A DNA stretch of 64,000 nucleotides, taken from the NCBI GenBank assembly GCA_965223705.1, contig OZ245015.1, positions 3,744,001 to 3,808,000 on the forward strand, given 5' to 3'. Shown here piece after piece: positions 29,258 to 37,778 of this stretch (position 1 is the first letter of the stretch; each line of letters opens with the position of its first letter). The notes beneath the pieces were generated by a model. It had not been told where the DNA came from. It was given only the letters and a program-made list of their open reading frames with translations, and searched no databases. Source of the stretch: Myxococcota bacterium. Its GTDB lineage: Bacteria; Myxococcota_A; UBA9160; UBA6930. A program made the translations under genes and the position numbers.

Positions 29258-30768
29258 GCGGCGCAACCCGCTGGGTCGGTGGCGACGCTGAGATCCACCG
29301 TGCGGTAGAAGCCTGGGTCCGGGGTGAGGAGAACGCCGCCGCGGTACTTCGCGACGGGCCCCGCCGGACCGTCGTGCGGCTCGATGTCGGTGGCCGAAGC
29401 GTGCTCGCGAAGCGTTTTCGCCAAGCGAATCGACTCGGCGCTCGTCTCAAGCGCCGGTTGCGCCTCGGCCCCGCCGAGCGCGAGTGGCGAGCGCTGCGCG
29501 CGACCTGGCGCGCGGGCGTGTCGGTCCCTCGCGCCGAAGCCTGGGCGCAGCTCCCAGGCGGCGACCAGGTGTTGTGCACCGAGTGGCTCGAAGGCGGAGC
29601 GCTTCCCGAATGCGTTCCCGAGCACGGTCCCAGGCGCCGCGAACTCTTCGCGGCGATCGGTCGCTGCGTAGCGGCGTTCCACGAGAGCGGCTTCGTCCAC
29701 CGCGACCTCCACGCGGACAACGTGTTGATAACCCGCCGGGGACCGGTCCTCATCGACCTGCAAAGCGCGGCGCGAAGCTCGAACCGCGGCAAGCGGATCG
29801 CGGATCTCGGGCACCTCGACTACTCGCTTTGGCTGCGCTCCAACATGGCCGACCGAATGATCTTTCGTCGCGCGGCGCTCGGGAAGACACGCGATGTTCG
29901 AACCGCCGTGCGCGCCGTGGGAATCGCGGCGAAGCGACGCGCCAGCCGGCACATGCAGAGTCGCGCGTTGCGTGCGACCCGCCCCGGCCGTCGGTTCGCG
30001 CGCGTCTCCGTCGGCCGAGCCCGAGGGATTCGTCTCCGCACCTGCCCGGGCGAGCAAATCGAACTCGCGCTCACGCGGCACTGGCAGGCTCTAGAAGCGG
30101 GCGGAGACGCGGTGCGAAAGGACGAGGGGCGGAGCCGGATCACGCTGTGCGAATCGGTATTCGTGAAGGAGACGTCCGGCGGTGGACTGCCCCGCTCACT
30201 GTGGGACCGCGTCCGGGGGAGCGCCGCCCGTCGCGCCTTTCGCGCCCACTACGCCCTGGAATCCCAGCGCATCGGTGCACCGACCGCGCTCGCGTTCCTC
30301 GAATTCCCGCGTGGCATGGGTATCGGACGTTCGGTTCTCGTCGCGGAGGGACACCCGGAGCTCGAAGACGGGCTCGCCGCCGCCGAACGGCAACCCGAAT
30401 CCGCCGTCGACGCGCTGATCCGCGTCCTGGTCGACCTACACGCCCGCGGCATCGATCACGGCGACGTGAAGGCGACCAACTTTCTATTGCAACCCGCGGA
30501 AGACGCGCTGGAAGCGCTGATCCTCGATCTTGAAAGTTTGCGGATCCGCGGTGCGCTCAGCGACGAGCGGCGTATCGAAGCCTTGGCGCAGCTCAATGCG
30601 TCCCTTCCCGACGGAATCTCCGCCGCGGTGCGTCTCGCGGCTTTTGACACGTATCGACGGGCCACTTTCTGGCGCGGCGATCGCGCGGCGCAGTTGCGCG
30701 AAGTCACCCGGCGGAGCCTCGCGAAGCGACATCGGTGGACCGGCCAGGGATGTTCGCCGACGCCCTAG
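29254..30768 (+). CDS. LPS kinase (Kdo/WaaP/InaA family) with two tandem kinase domains
   Basis: HRDLHADNVL...LIDL and HGDVKATNFL...ILDLE; GTGA overlap with the GT4 gene. Confidence 0.82.
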   Translation: MSGATRWVGGDAEIHRAVEAWVRGEENAAAVLRDGPRRTVVRLDVGGRSVLAKRFRQANRLGARLKRRLRLGPAEREWRALRATWRAGVSVPRAEAWAQLPGGDQVLCTEWLEGGALPECVPEHGPRRRELFAAIGRCVAAFHESGFVHRDLHADNVLITRRGPVLIDLQSAARSSNRGKRIADLGHLDYSLWLRSNMADRMIFRRAALGKTRDVRTAVRAVGIAAKRRASRHMQSRALRATRPGRRFARVSVGRARGIRLRTCPGEQIELALTRHWQALEAGGDAVRKDEGRSRITLCESVFVKETSGGGLPRSLWDRVRGSAARRAFRAHYALESQRIGAPTALAFLEFPRGMGIGRSVLVAEGHPELEDGLAAAERQPESAVDALIRVLVDLHARGIDHGDVKATNFLLQPAEDALEALILDLESLRIRGALSDERRIEALAQLNASLPDGISAAVRLAAFDTYRRATFWRGDRAAQLREVTRRSLAKRHRWTGQGCSPTP

Positions 30769-31070
30769 TCTCGGCGGACCCGCAACCACTGGTAGTAGGA
30801 AGACGATCCCGGAACGGCGCCGCCCTCCCCGTCCTCGTAGTGGAGCGTCGCGAGCTTCGCGCCGGAAATGATGCGCTTGAACGCCTCGATCTTTCTGGCC
30901 GGATCGTCGGGATTGAGCCCGTGAAAGACGAGTTCGACCTCGTTCTTGACCGCCAAGACGTTCAGTACGAGTGTCGACAACGTGAACACCTTGCCGATGC
31001 CCTCCACCGCTTCGACGGCGAAGCGCGGGACGTCGACCTGACTGAGTTCGAAGGTGTATTCGAGACGCAT
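30765..31070 (-). CDS. Hypothetical protein (101 aa)
   Basis: ATG with GAGGGG RBS, protein-like composition, downstream of the MshEN gene. Confidence 0.65.
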   Translation of the reverse strand: MRLEYTFELSQVDVPRFAVEAVEGIGKVFTLSTLVLNVLAVKNEVELVFHGLNPDDPARKIEAFKRIISGAKLATLHYEDGEGGAVPGSSSYYQWLRVRRD

Positions 31071-31128
31071 GGATTCCCCTCGGGGGCAGAGTGCCCACCC
31101 GGATTCGTCGTGTCAAGAGTGCGTGCGG

Positions 31129-31908
31129 CTACCCGTCGCCGGTTTCCGCTTCTTCGGCCTCGCCGACCAGCCTTACGGTCTTCAAGAGTTCTTCGCGCGT
31201 GAACACGCCTTTCGCCAAGAGCAGGCGGGTTACAGCGCGCAGAATTTGTCGCGTCGGTACCTGGCCGGCCCGATCGCCGTCGTCGGCGTCCGCCTTGGGC
31301 TGTGACCGTAGCGCTTCGGGCTGTGGCTCGTCTTCGCGCCGATCGGCGGCCGGAAAAAACAGCCGATCCTCGTCCTGACGGCTGACCTCGGTGGCCTGGA
31401 CGACGTCCGGGGCGGATGTCTCTCCGACATCCTCGACCTCGACCGGGGGTTCGGCTCCCGTGACGTGACCGGCGTAGAGCGCTGTGGTGGCGTTGCGCAG
31501 CTGTACCGGACCGACCAGGACCGGCCGCACGCGGAAACCCAGCCGGAAGCGGAGATCGTCGATGGTGGACAGATCGTGGGGGTCTTCCATCCCGAGGTAC
31601 AAGACGCGGTTGCCGCCCTCTTTGGCGATAAAGAGCGGAACGCACGCGTTTTTTTCCGCGTACGCCCCATCGACCAGCTCGGCCATGGACGCGTCGATTC
31701 GCTTCCCTTCGAGCCGTACTGCGGGAACGCCCAGCGAGCGCGCGAGGACCCGGACGAGCTGATCCTCTTCGACATGGCCCAGGGCGACCAGTGCCGACCC
31801 CAAGCGGCCGCCCCAGCGCGACTGCTCTCCGAGCGCGGCGGTCAGCTGCAATTCGTCGATGACACCGGCCTCGATCAGTACCTGGCCGAGCTTCGGGCGG
31901 TCCGTCAA
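31129..31908 (-). CDS. MshEN/GspE-N domain protein without ATPase domain
   Basis: KLGQVLIEAGVIDELQLTAALGEQ...RLGSALVALGHVEEDQLVRVL, then CVPL..LGMEDPHDL..IDDL; GGGAG RBS. Confidence 0.85.
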   Translation of the reverse strand: MTDRPKLGQVLIEAGVIDELQLTAALGEQSRWGGRLGSALVALGHVEEDQLVRVLARSLGVPAVRLEGKRIDASMAELVDGAYAEKNACVPLFIAKEGGNRVLYLGMEDPHDLSTIDDLRFRLGFRVRPVLVGPVQLRNATTALYAGHVTGAEPPVEVEDVGETSAPDVVQATEVSRQDEDRLFFPAADRREDEPQPEALRSQPKADADDGDRAGQVPTRQILRAVTRLLLAKGVFTREELLKTVRLVGEAEEAETGDG

Positions 31909-31947
31909 CGCTAACTCCCTCTCGCGTGTGGGCTTTACGCGAGAGAC

Positions 31948-31973
31948 ATCGGAGAGCCGCGCGTTTCACCTTA
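31948..31973 (-). promoter_or_regulatory. sigma28-like promoter before the MshEN gene
   Basis: Minus strand TAAGG-N15-TCCGAT. Confidence 0.55.
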
Positions 31974-32071
31974 CCCTCAGCACAATCCCCCAGGGAAGGT
32001 CATTATGGGAGTAAAACCACCCAAAAATGCCGGATTGGCTCTGCTAGGCTCCGGCTCATGAGGCCACGCCC

Positions 32072-33898
32072 GTGAACATCCTCGGCGTCTCCGCCTACTA
32101 CCACGACAGCGCAGCCTGTCTCGTGCAGGGCGGCAAGATCGTCGCGGCCGCACAGGAAGAGCGCTTTACCCGGCGCAAACACGACGCCGACTTCCCGGCG
32201 CAGGCGGTGGACTATTGCCTCGAGGAAGCGGGGCTTTCTCTCGAGCAGCTCGACATGGTCGCGTTCTACGACAAGCCCCTGCTGAAATTCGACCGACTCA
32301 TCGAGACCTACGTCACCCACGCGCCGCGCGGCTTCCGCATGTTCCTGAAGGGCATGCCGATCTGGCTCAAGCAGAAGCTCCACATCCCCCGAGAGCTCGA
32401 CCGCGCTCTCGGGCACCGCTACGCGGGACGCTACGTGTTTCTCGAGCACCACGAATCTCACGCGGCGAGTGCGTTCTTTCCATCCCCCTTCGACGAAGCC
32501 GCCGTCCTCACCTTGGACGGTGTCGGCGAATGGACCACCGGAAGCATCGCCGTCGGGCGCGGAAACCGCCTCGAAATGTTGAAAGAGCTCCGCTTCCCGC
32601 ACTCCCTCGGGCTTCTCTATTCCGCATTCACGTACTTCACCGGTTTCCGGGTCAACAGCGGCGAATACAAGCTCATGGGGCTGGCGCCGTATGGCGAACC
32701 CGTCTACCGCGATCTCATGTGGGACAAGCTGCTCGACGTGAAAGACGACGGTTCTTTTCGTATGGACATGTCCTACTTCGCATACACCCATCGCGACGTG
32801 ATGACGTCGCCCAAAATGGACGCATTGTTCGGCGGTCCACCGCGTTCTCCGGAATCGGAGATCACCGAGCGCGAGATGAATATCGCGGCGTCGATCCAGG
32901 CGGTGACCGAGGAGATCATGCTCCGGATCGCGCGCTACGCCCACAGACTGACCGGACTTCCGAACGTCGCGATGGCCGGTGGCGTCGCGCTCAATTGCGT
33001 CGGCAACGGTCGGATCTTGCGGGAAGGCCCTTTCGAGAACGTCTGGATCCAACCCGCCGCGGGCGATGCCGGCGGAGCCCTGGGCGCCGCCCTGTTCGTC
33101 CATCACCAGCTACTCGGCGAACCTCGCGCTCACACGGGGCGCGACCGGCAAGAGGGATCGCTGCTCGGACCTTCTTTCTCGAGCGCTGCGATCTGCCAGT
33201 TCCTCGACCGTGCCGGTGCGATCTACCAGATCTACGAGAACGACGAAAAGCTGATGGATCAGATCGCCGAGCTCATCGCTTCGCAACACGTCGTCGGCCA
33301 CTTCGCGGGGCGGATGGAGTTCGGCCCGCGCGCCCTCGGAGCGCGCTCGATCCTGGGTGACGCTCGTTCGACGGACATGCAATCCGTCATGAACCTGAAG
33401 ATCAAGTTTCGGGAGTCGTTCCGCCCGTTTGCGCCAGCGGTCTTGCGGGAGCACGTCGACCGATTTTTCGAGATGCGTTCGCAGGAGAACAGCCCCTACA
33501 TGCTGCTCGTCGCTCCGGTGAAAGACAGTCTTCGAAAAGCCGCCGACGAGAGCGCCACCGGCCTCGACAAGCTGCGCGTCGCGCGCTCCGACATCCCGGC
33601 TGTGACCCACGTCGACTACAGCGCGCGCGTCCAGACCGTCGATGCGGAGCAACATCCCCGGTTCCACGCAATCCTCGACGCCTTCTATCGCAAGACGGGC
33701 TGCCCGGTGGTCATCAACACCAGTTTCAACGTGCGCGGTGAACCGATCGTGAACACTCCGGAAGAGGCGTACCGCTGTTTCATGAATACGAACATGGACG
33801 CGCTCGTTCTCGAGAATTGCGTTTTGCGCAAGAGCGATCAGCCCGACGCCCACGAAATCGATCGCGACGCCTACCTGCGCGAATTCGCCCTGGACTGA
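32072..33898 (+). CDS. O-carbamoyltransferase (NodU/CmcH/SxtI family)
   Basis: ILGVSAYYHDSAA, QEERFTRRKHD, HHESHAASAF, GEYKLMGLAPYG, EFGPRALGARSIL, KFRESFRPFAP, NTSFNVRGEP. Confidence 0.95.
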   Translation: MNILGVSAYYHDSAACLVQGGKIVAAAQEERFTRRKHDADFPAQAVDYCLEEAGLSLEQLDMVAFYDKPLLKFDRLIETYVTHAPRGFRMFLKGMPIWLKQKLHIPRELDRALGHRYAGRYVFLEHHESHAASAFFPSPFDEAAVLTLDGVGEWTTGSIAVGRGNRLEMLKELRFPHSLGLLYSAFTYFTGFRVNSGEYKLMGLAPYGEPVYRDLMWDKLLDVKDDGSFRMDMSYFAYTHRDVMTSPKMDALFGGPPRSPESEITEREMNIAASIQAVTEEIMLRIARYAHRLTGLPNVAMAGGVALNCVGNGRILREGPFENVWIQPAAGDAGGALGAALFVHHQLLGEPRAHTGRDRQEGSLLGPSFSSAAICQFLDRAGAIYQIYENDEKLMDQIAELIASQHVVGHFAGRMEFGPRALGARSILGDARSTDMQSVMNLKIKFRESFRPFAPAVLREHVDRFFEMRSQENSPYMLLVAPVKDSLRKAADESATGLDKLRVARSDIPAVTHVDYSARVQTVDAEQHPRFHAILDAFYRKTGCPVVINTSFNVRGEPIVNTPEEAYRCFMNTNMDALVLENCVLRKSDQPDAHEIDRDAYLREFALD

Positions 33899-33901
33899 CC
33901 G

Positions 33902-34348
33902 ATGAGCCGACTCGTCGACATCAACTGGAATCCGAGCCCGACGATCCTTCGCCAATTCGGGCCGATCGCGCTCGTGGGCTTCTCGCTCATGGCGCTCGGG
34001 ACGTGGTTCGGAGTGCTCGCCTTCGCGTACATCCCGGAAAACGCCCGAGTCCCGACAGCAGCCGCCTTCGTGGCGATCGGCGTGTTGTGCGCCTTGTTCG
34101 GCTGGCTTTGGCCGAGTGGCAATCGGCCCATTTTCGTCGGCCTGTCGCTCTTGGCGGCGCCGATCGGCTTCGTCCTGTCCTACGTGATTCTCGGCCTGCT
34201 GTTCTATGTCATCATCGCCGGCGTAAGCGTGCTGTTGCGGCTCGTGGGAAAGGACCCGCTCGAGCGAGCGTTTCTCCCCGACGCCGAGAGCTACTGGGTC
34301 GACGCCCGGCCAGCGCGGCCGGCGGAAAGCTATTTCAAACAGTTCTGA
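33902..34348 (+). CDS. SxtJ-family membrane protein
   Basis: LRQFG, TM helices, LLFYVII, GKDPL..., SYW...YFKQF; directly after the carbamoyltransferase. Confidence 0.8.
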   Translation: MSRLVDINWNPSPTILRQFGPIALVGFSLMALGTWFGVLAFAYIPENARVPTAAAFVAIGVLCALFGWLWPSGNRPIFVGLSLLAAPIGFVLSYVILGLLFYVIIAGVSVLLRLVGKDPLERAFLPDAESYWVDARPARPAESYFKQF

Positions 34349-34357
34349 GGAACGGCT

Positions 34358-34564
34358 GTGAGTAAGGATCAAGACCAAAACGATTTTGCGAGTCAGGCGC
34401 GCGGCGAGGCGAAGCGCGACAGCTTGGCCAGCGAGATGCTCCAGTTCTTGCGCGAGAACCGGAAATGGTGGCTCGGGCCGATTCTCGCTTCGGTTCTCGT
34501 TCTCGGAGCGTTGGTCCTCCTGGGCGGCGGCGCGGCGGCGCCGTTCATCTACACCTTGTTCTAG
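34358..34564 (+). CDS. DUF5989/SxtK-family small membrane protein
   Basis: FLRENRKWWLGPI...AAPFIYTLF. Confidence 0.88.
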   Translation: MSKDQDQNDFASQARGEAKRDSLASEMLQFLRENRKWWLGPILASVLVLGALVLLGGGAAAPFIYTLF

Positions 34565-35652
34565 TGGCGCTGCGCCGCAAACCGAGAAGGGTTGTCCCGA
34601 AGCTCGCAGTGTTGTTCGCGACGATGGCGCTGTGCGTCGGTGCGGGCGAGCTCTTGGTTCGGGTGCTCTTCGCTGACGACATCCTGCTCTTCCCGCGTTT
34701 TCATACCGCAGCCCACTACGGCGACTTCGAAATCCGTCGTCTGCGCTCGAATGAGCGCTTTTACCACACGAGCCGTGATGGCACGTGGGCCTTCGCGACC
34801 AACGGTCAGGGGTTTCGCGACACCGACGAATACACCTACGACAAGAGTGAAAAGCTCCTGCGTGTGATCAGTCTCGGCGATTCGCACACGCAGGGCTTCG
34901 AGGTGAGGCAAAGCGCTACATATTCGGAAGTGATGGAGCGCGCACTCGTCCGTTCCGGACGCGTGAGTCAGGTGATGAACACCGGGATCTCGGGGTTCAG
35001 CACGGCGGAAGCGCTGGTCTTTCTCGAGAATGAGGGCATTCGGTACAGCCCCGACGTCGTCGTGCTCGGCCTCTTCGCGAACGATTTCGAAGACAACGTG
35101 AAAGCGGGCCTGTTCGCGCTCGAGGACGGGAAGCTCGAGACGAAAAAACGAAGTCACATTCCGGGCGTCCGAATCCTCGACGGAATCCACCGCGTCCCCG
35201 GGCTCCCCTGGCTCAGCCAGAACTCTTACCTCTACTCCCTCGCGTTCAACACCGCGTGGGAGTACGCGAAAGACCTCCTTCTCGAGAAGCGCGAAGCGGA
35301 GCTGGCGACGGAGTACGCCATCGCCGACGGAGCGCTCGACGATCACACACAGCGCCTTCTCGTGAGTCTGCTTCAGCGCATGAGGCACGTCTGTCGAGAA
35401 AACGGAGCCCTGTTCGTCATTCTCGACATCCCTCAGTTGTCCGCCGACGGTTTCTCGAGCTCGATTCCCGAAAGCCTCGAAGTCGAGATCACCGCTCTGC
35501 CTGATGCCTTCGTCTCGAGCGAGGCGGTGCTGTCGCGCTACCGGGGCATTCTCGACACCCATGTGCCAGGGGGCCAGCGCCACATCAACGAGTTCACCCA
35601 CGCGATGCTCGGCTTGGCCGCGGCCGACATCATCCGCGAACTCGTCCCTTAG
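34564..35652 (+). CDS. SGNH/GDSL hydrolase family protein, membrane-anchored
   Basis: NGQGFRD, LGDSHTQG, NTGISGFST, YSPDVVVL..FAND, RHINEFTH. Confidence 0.85.
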   Translation: MALRRKPRRVVPKLAVLFATMALCVGAGELLVRVLFADDILLFPRFHTAAHYGDFEIRRLRSNERFYHTSRDGTWAFATNGQGFRDTDEYTYDKSEKLLRVISLGDSHTQGFEVRQSATYSEVMERALVRSGRVSQVMNTGISGFSTAEALVFLENEGIRYSPDVVVLGLFANDFEDNVKAGLFALEDGKLETKKRSHIPGVRILDGIHRVPGLPWLSQNSYLYSLAFNTAWEYAKDLLLEKREAELATEYAIADGALDDHTQRLLVSLLQRMRHVCRENGALFVILDIPQLSADGFSSSIPESLEVEITALPDAFVSSEAVLSRYRGILDTHVPGGQRHINEFTHAMLGLAAADIIRELVP

Positions 35653-35823
35653 AGGCTCACGAAGATTTTCGCCGAGCACCCGCGCCGCGCGGGTCGGAGG
35701 CGAGCGGGTGGCGCGCGGAATGTGGAGGCGCCCTCGAGGCCCGACGACGCAGGGAACCCCGAGCGCCGGAACTCTGAGCACGACGCCCGCTCGCCTCCGA
35801 CCCGGGCTACGCGCACGCGCGGC

Positions 35824-36669
35824 TTAGCGCCTCGGGTCGAGCGCGTCGCGCAGCGCATCGCCGATCAGGTTCAGGCTGAGGAGCGTCATCGCGAGAAAAC
35901 CGCTGGGGAACGCGAGCAACCACCAGCGCGACGCGATCGGATTCACCACCGACACACCTTCCGCGACGAGCTCGCCCCACGAGAGCGCGACGCCCAGCCC
36001 CAGGAACGACAGGAAGGACTCGAGCAGGATGACCGCGGGGACCGTGAGCGCGGCGTAGATCAGAACCGTGCCCATCAAGTTCGGAATGATGTGCGCGAAC
36101 AGAATCCTCGCTTCGGAAGCCCCCAACGCCCGTGCGGCTTCGACGAACTCCTTTTGTGCGAGCGACAACGCTTCGGTGCGAACGATGCGGGCGGTCGTGA
36201 GCCACTGCACCAACCCTAAGGCGATGAAGACCGGAAGGGGTTCGCCGCGCGCCGTGTCTGAAAAAAGCATCGTGATCAGAATGACGAGGAACATGTACGG
36301 AAGGCCGTACAAGAAATCGACAAGCCGCATCATGGCATCGTCGACGGCGCCACCGCGCGCTCCTGCGAAAGCGCCGTACAGCGTCCCGACGCACACCGAG
36401 ACGAGACTCGCCGCGACACCGACGAGAAGCGACGTCCGTCCCCCGACGAGCACCCGCGCCAGAACGTCGCGACCCAAAGCATCGGTTCCCATCCAGTGCG
36501 CGAGAGACGGGGGTCGGTGACGCGCGGCGAGATCCGTCGCGTGCGGGTCCAGCACGAAGAGAAGCGGCGCGACGAAACACGCGCCGGCGATTGCCGCGAA
36601 AACCGCGCAACCGAGCCGTGCCCGCGGGTCCGCCAGCGCGCGACGGCTCCCAAAGTTCCGGCGGCTCAC
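35824..36669 (-). CDS. oppC: Oligopeptide ABC permease OppC (system 1)
   Basis: HWMGTDALGRD, EFVEAARALG, HIIPN, ESFLSFLGLG. Confidence 0.9.
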   Translation of the reverse strand: MSRRNFGSRRALADPRARLGCAVFAAIAGACFVAPLLFVLDPHATDLAARHRPPSLAHWMGTDALGRDVLARVLVGGRTSLLVGVAASLVSVCVGTLYGAFAGARGGAVDDAMMRLVDFLYGLPYMFLVILITMLFSDTARGEPLPVFIALGLVQWLTTARIVRTEALSLAQKEFVEAARALGASEARILFAHIIPNLMGTVLIYAALTVPAVILLESFLSFLGLGVALSWGELVAEGVSVVNPIASRWWLLAFPSGFLAMTLLSLNLIGDALRDALDPRR

Positions 36670-37778
36670 GACGGGGCTCGCAATCGCGGGTCCGCCCAGC
36701 GGCACACGACATCGACGCCGAGATTGAGAGTCGTCACAAGGGTTGCGTAGAAGAGCGCGGTGCCGAGCACGACGGAATAGTCCCGGTTGACGGCTCCCTT
36801 CACGAACCATTGCCCCACGCCCGGGATGCCGAAGAGGCTTTCCACCACGAAGGAGCCGGTGAGAATTCCCGCAGCGGCCGGTCCGAGAAACGAGAGGACA
36901 GGAAGCAGCGAGCCTCGCAGGGCGTGGCGGAGCACCACCGCGACTTCGGAGAGACCTTTCGCGCGTGCGGTGCGGATGTAGTCCTCGCCCATCGTGGCGA
37001 CGAGTCCGCCGCGCGCGAGTCGCGCGATAACGGCGGCGTGGGGGAGCGCGAGGGTCAGAGCGGGGAGCCAGAGGTGCGCGGGCGTTCCCCAACCCGCCAC
37101 CGGAAACCAACCGAGGCCGAGAGAGAAGAGCGCGAGTAGCGCCGCGCCGATCACGAAGTTTGGAACCGAGAGACCGAGGGTCGCCAACCCACTCGCCCCG
37201 TAGTCGGGCCAGCGCCGCGCGAATGCGCCTGCGCAGACGCCGAGCGGCAAGCCGATCGCGACGGAGAAGACGAGCGCGGCGAGACCGAGGGTCAGGCTGA
37301 CCGGGATCGCCGGTGCGAGCAGTTCGCCCACCGTCCGCCCCTCGACTTTGAGCGCTGGCCCCAGACTGCCGTCGACCACCAACGCCCGCACGTAGCGGAA
37401 GTAGAACTCTGTCGCGCTCTCGGGGATCCCGTACCGATCCCGCAGTGCCGCTTCGACGTGCGGTACGAGAACCCGCTCTGCGGCAAAGGGACTTCCCGGC
37501 GCCAAGAACATCAGCCAGGTCGTTACGAATGCGAGAAGCAGCAGGGATGGCACCAAGGACGCGATCCGGCTGGCGACCTCCGTCGAGGCCTTGCGCCAAA
37601 ACAACAGACCGAGCGCGATGCCGAGTACCCACGCCGCCACGGTCCCGATCTGCCACTGGCCGATCAGGGCAATCGCCACCGCGAGGAAGAACGAACCGAG
37701 CATCCGGCGCGCCGATTCCGGGAGCCACGACAACGCTGCGATCGCGCAGAGACCGCCGCAAGCGACCAGCGCTTCCAT
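36666..37778 (-). CDS. oppB: Oligopeptide ABC permease OppB (system 1), extended N-terminus
   Basis: APGSPF, DYIRTARAKGL, HALRGSLLP, VESLFGIPGVG, NRDY. Confidence 0.9.
   Translation of the reverse strand: MEALVACGGLCAIAALSWLPESARRMLGSFFLAVAIALIGQWQIGTVAAWVLGIALGLLFWRKASTEVASRIASLVPSLLLLAFVTTWLMFLAPGSPFAAERVLVPHVEAALRDRYGIPESATEFYFRYVRALVVDGSLGPALKVEGRTVGELLAPAIPVSLTLGLAALVFSVAIGLPLGVCAGAFARRWPDYGASGLATLGLSVPNFVIGAALLALFSLGLGWFPVAGWGTPAHLWLPALTLALPHAAVIARLARGGLVATMGEDYIRTARAKGLSEVAVVLRHALRGSLLPVLSFLGPAAAGILTGSFVVESLFGIPGVGQWFVKGAVNRDYSVVLGTALFYATLVTTLNLGVDVVCRWADPRLRAPS

Noticed and set aside
32072..35652. Saxitoxin biosynthesis cluster
   Set aside because: Only sxtIJKL-like accessory homologues are present; no sxtA, sxtG or sxtB in the window.
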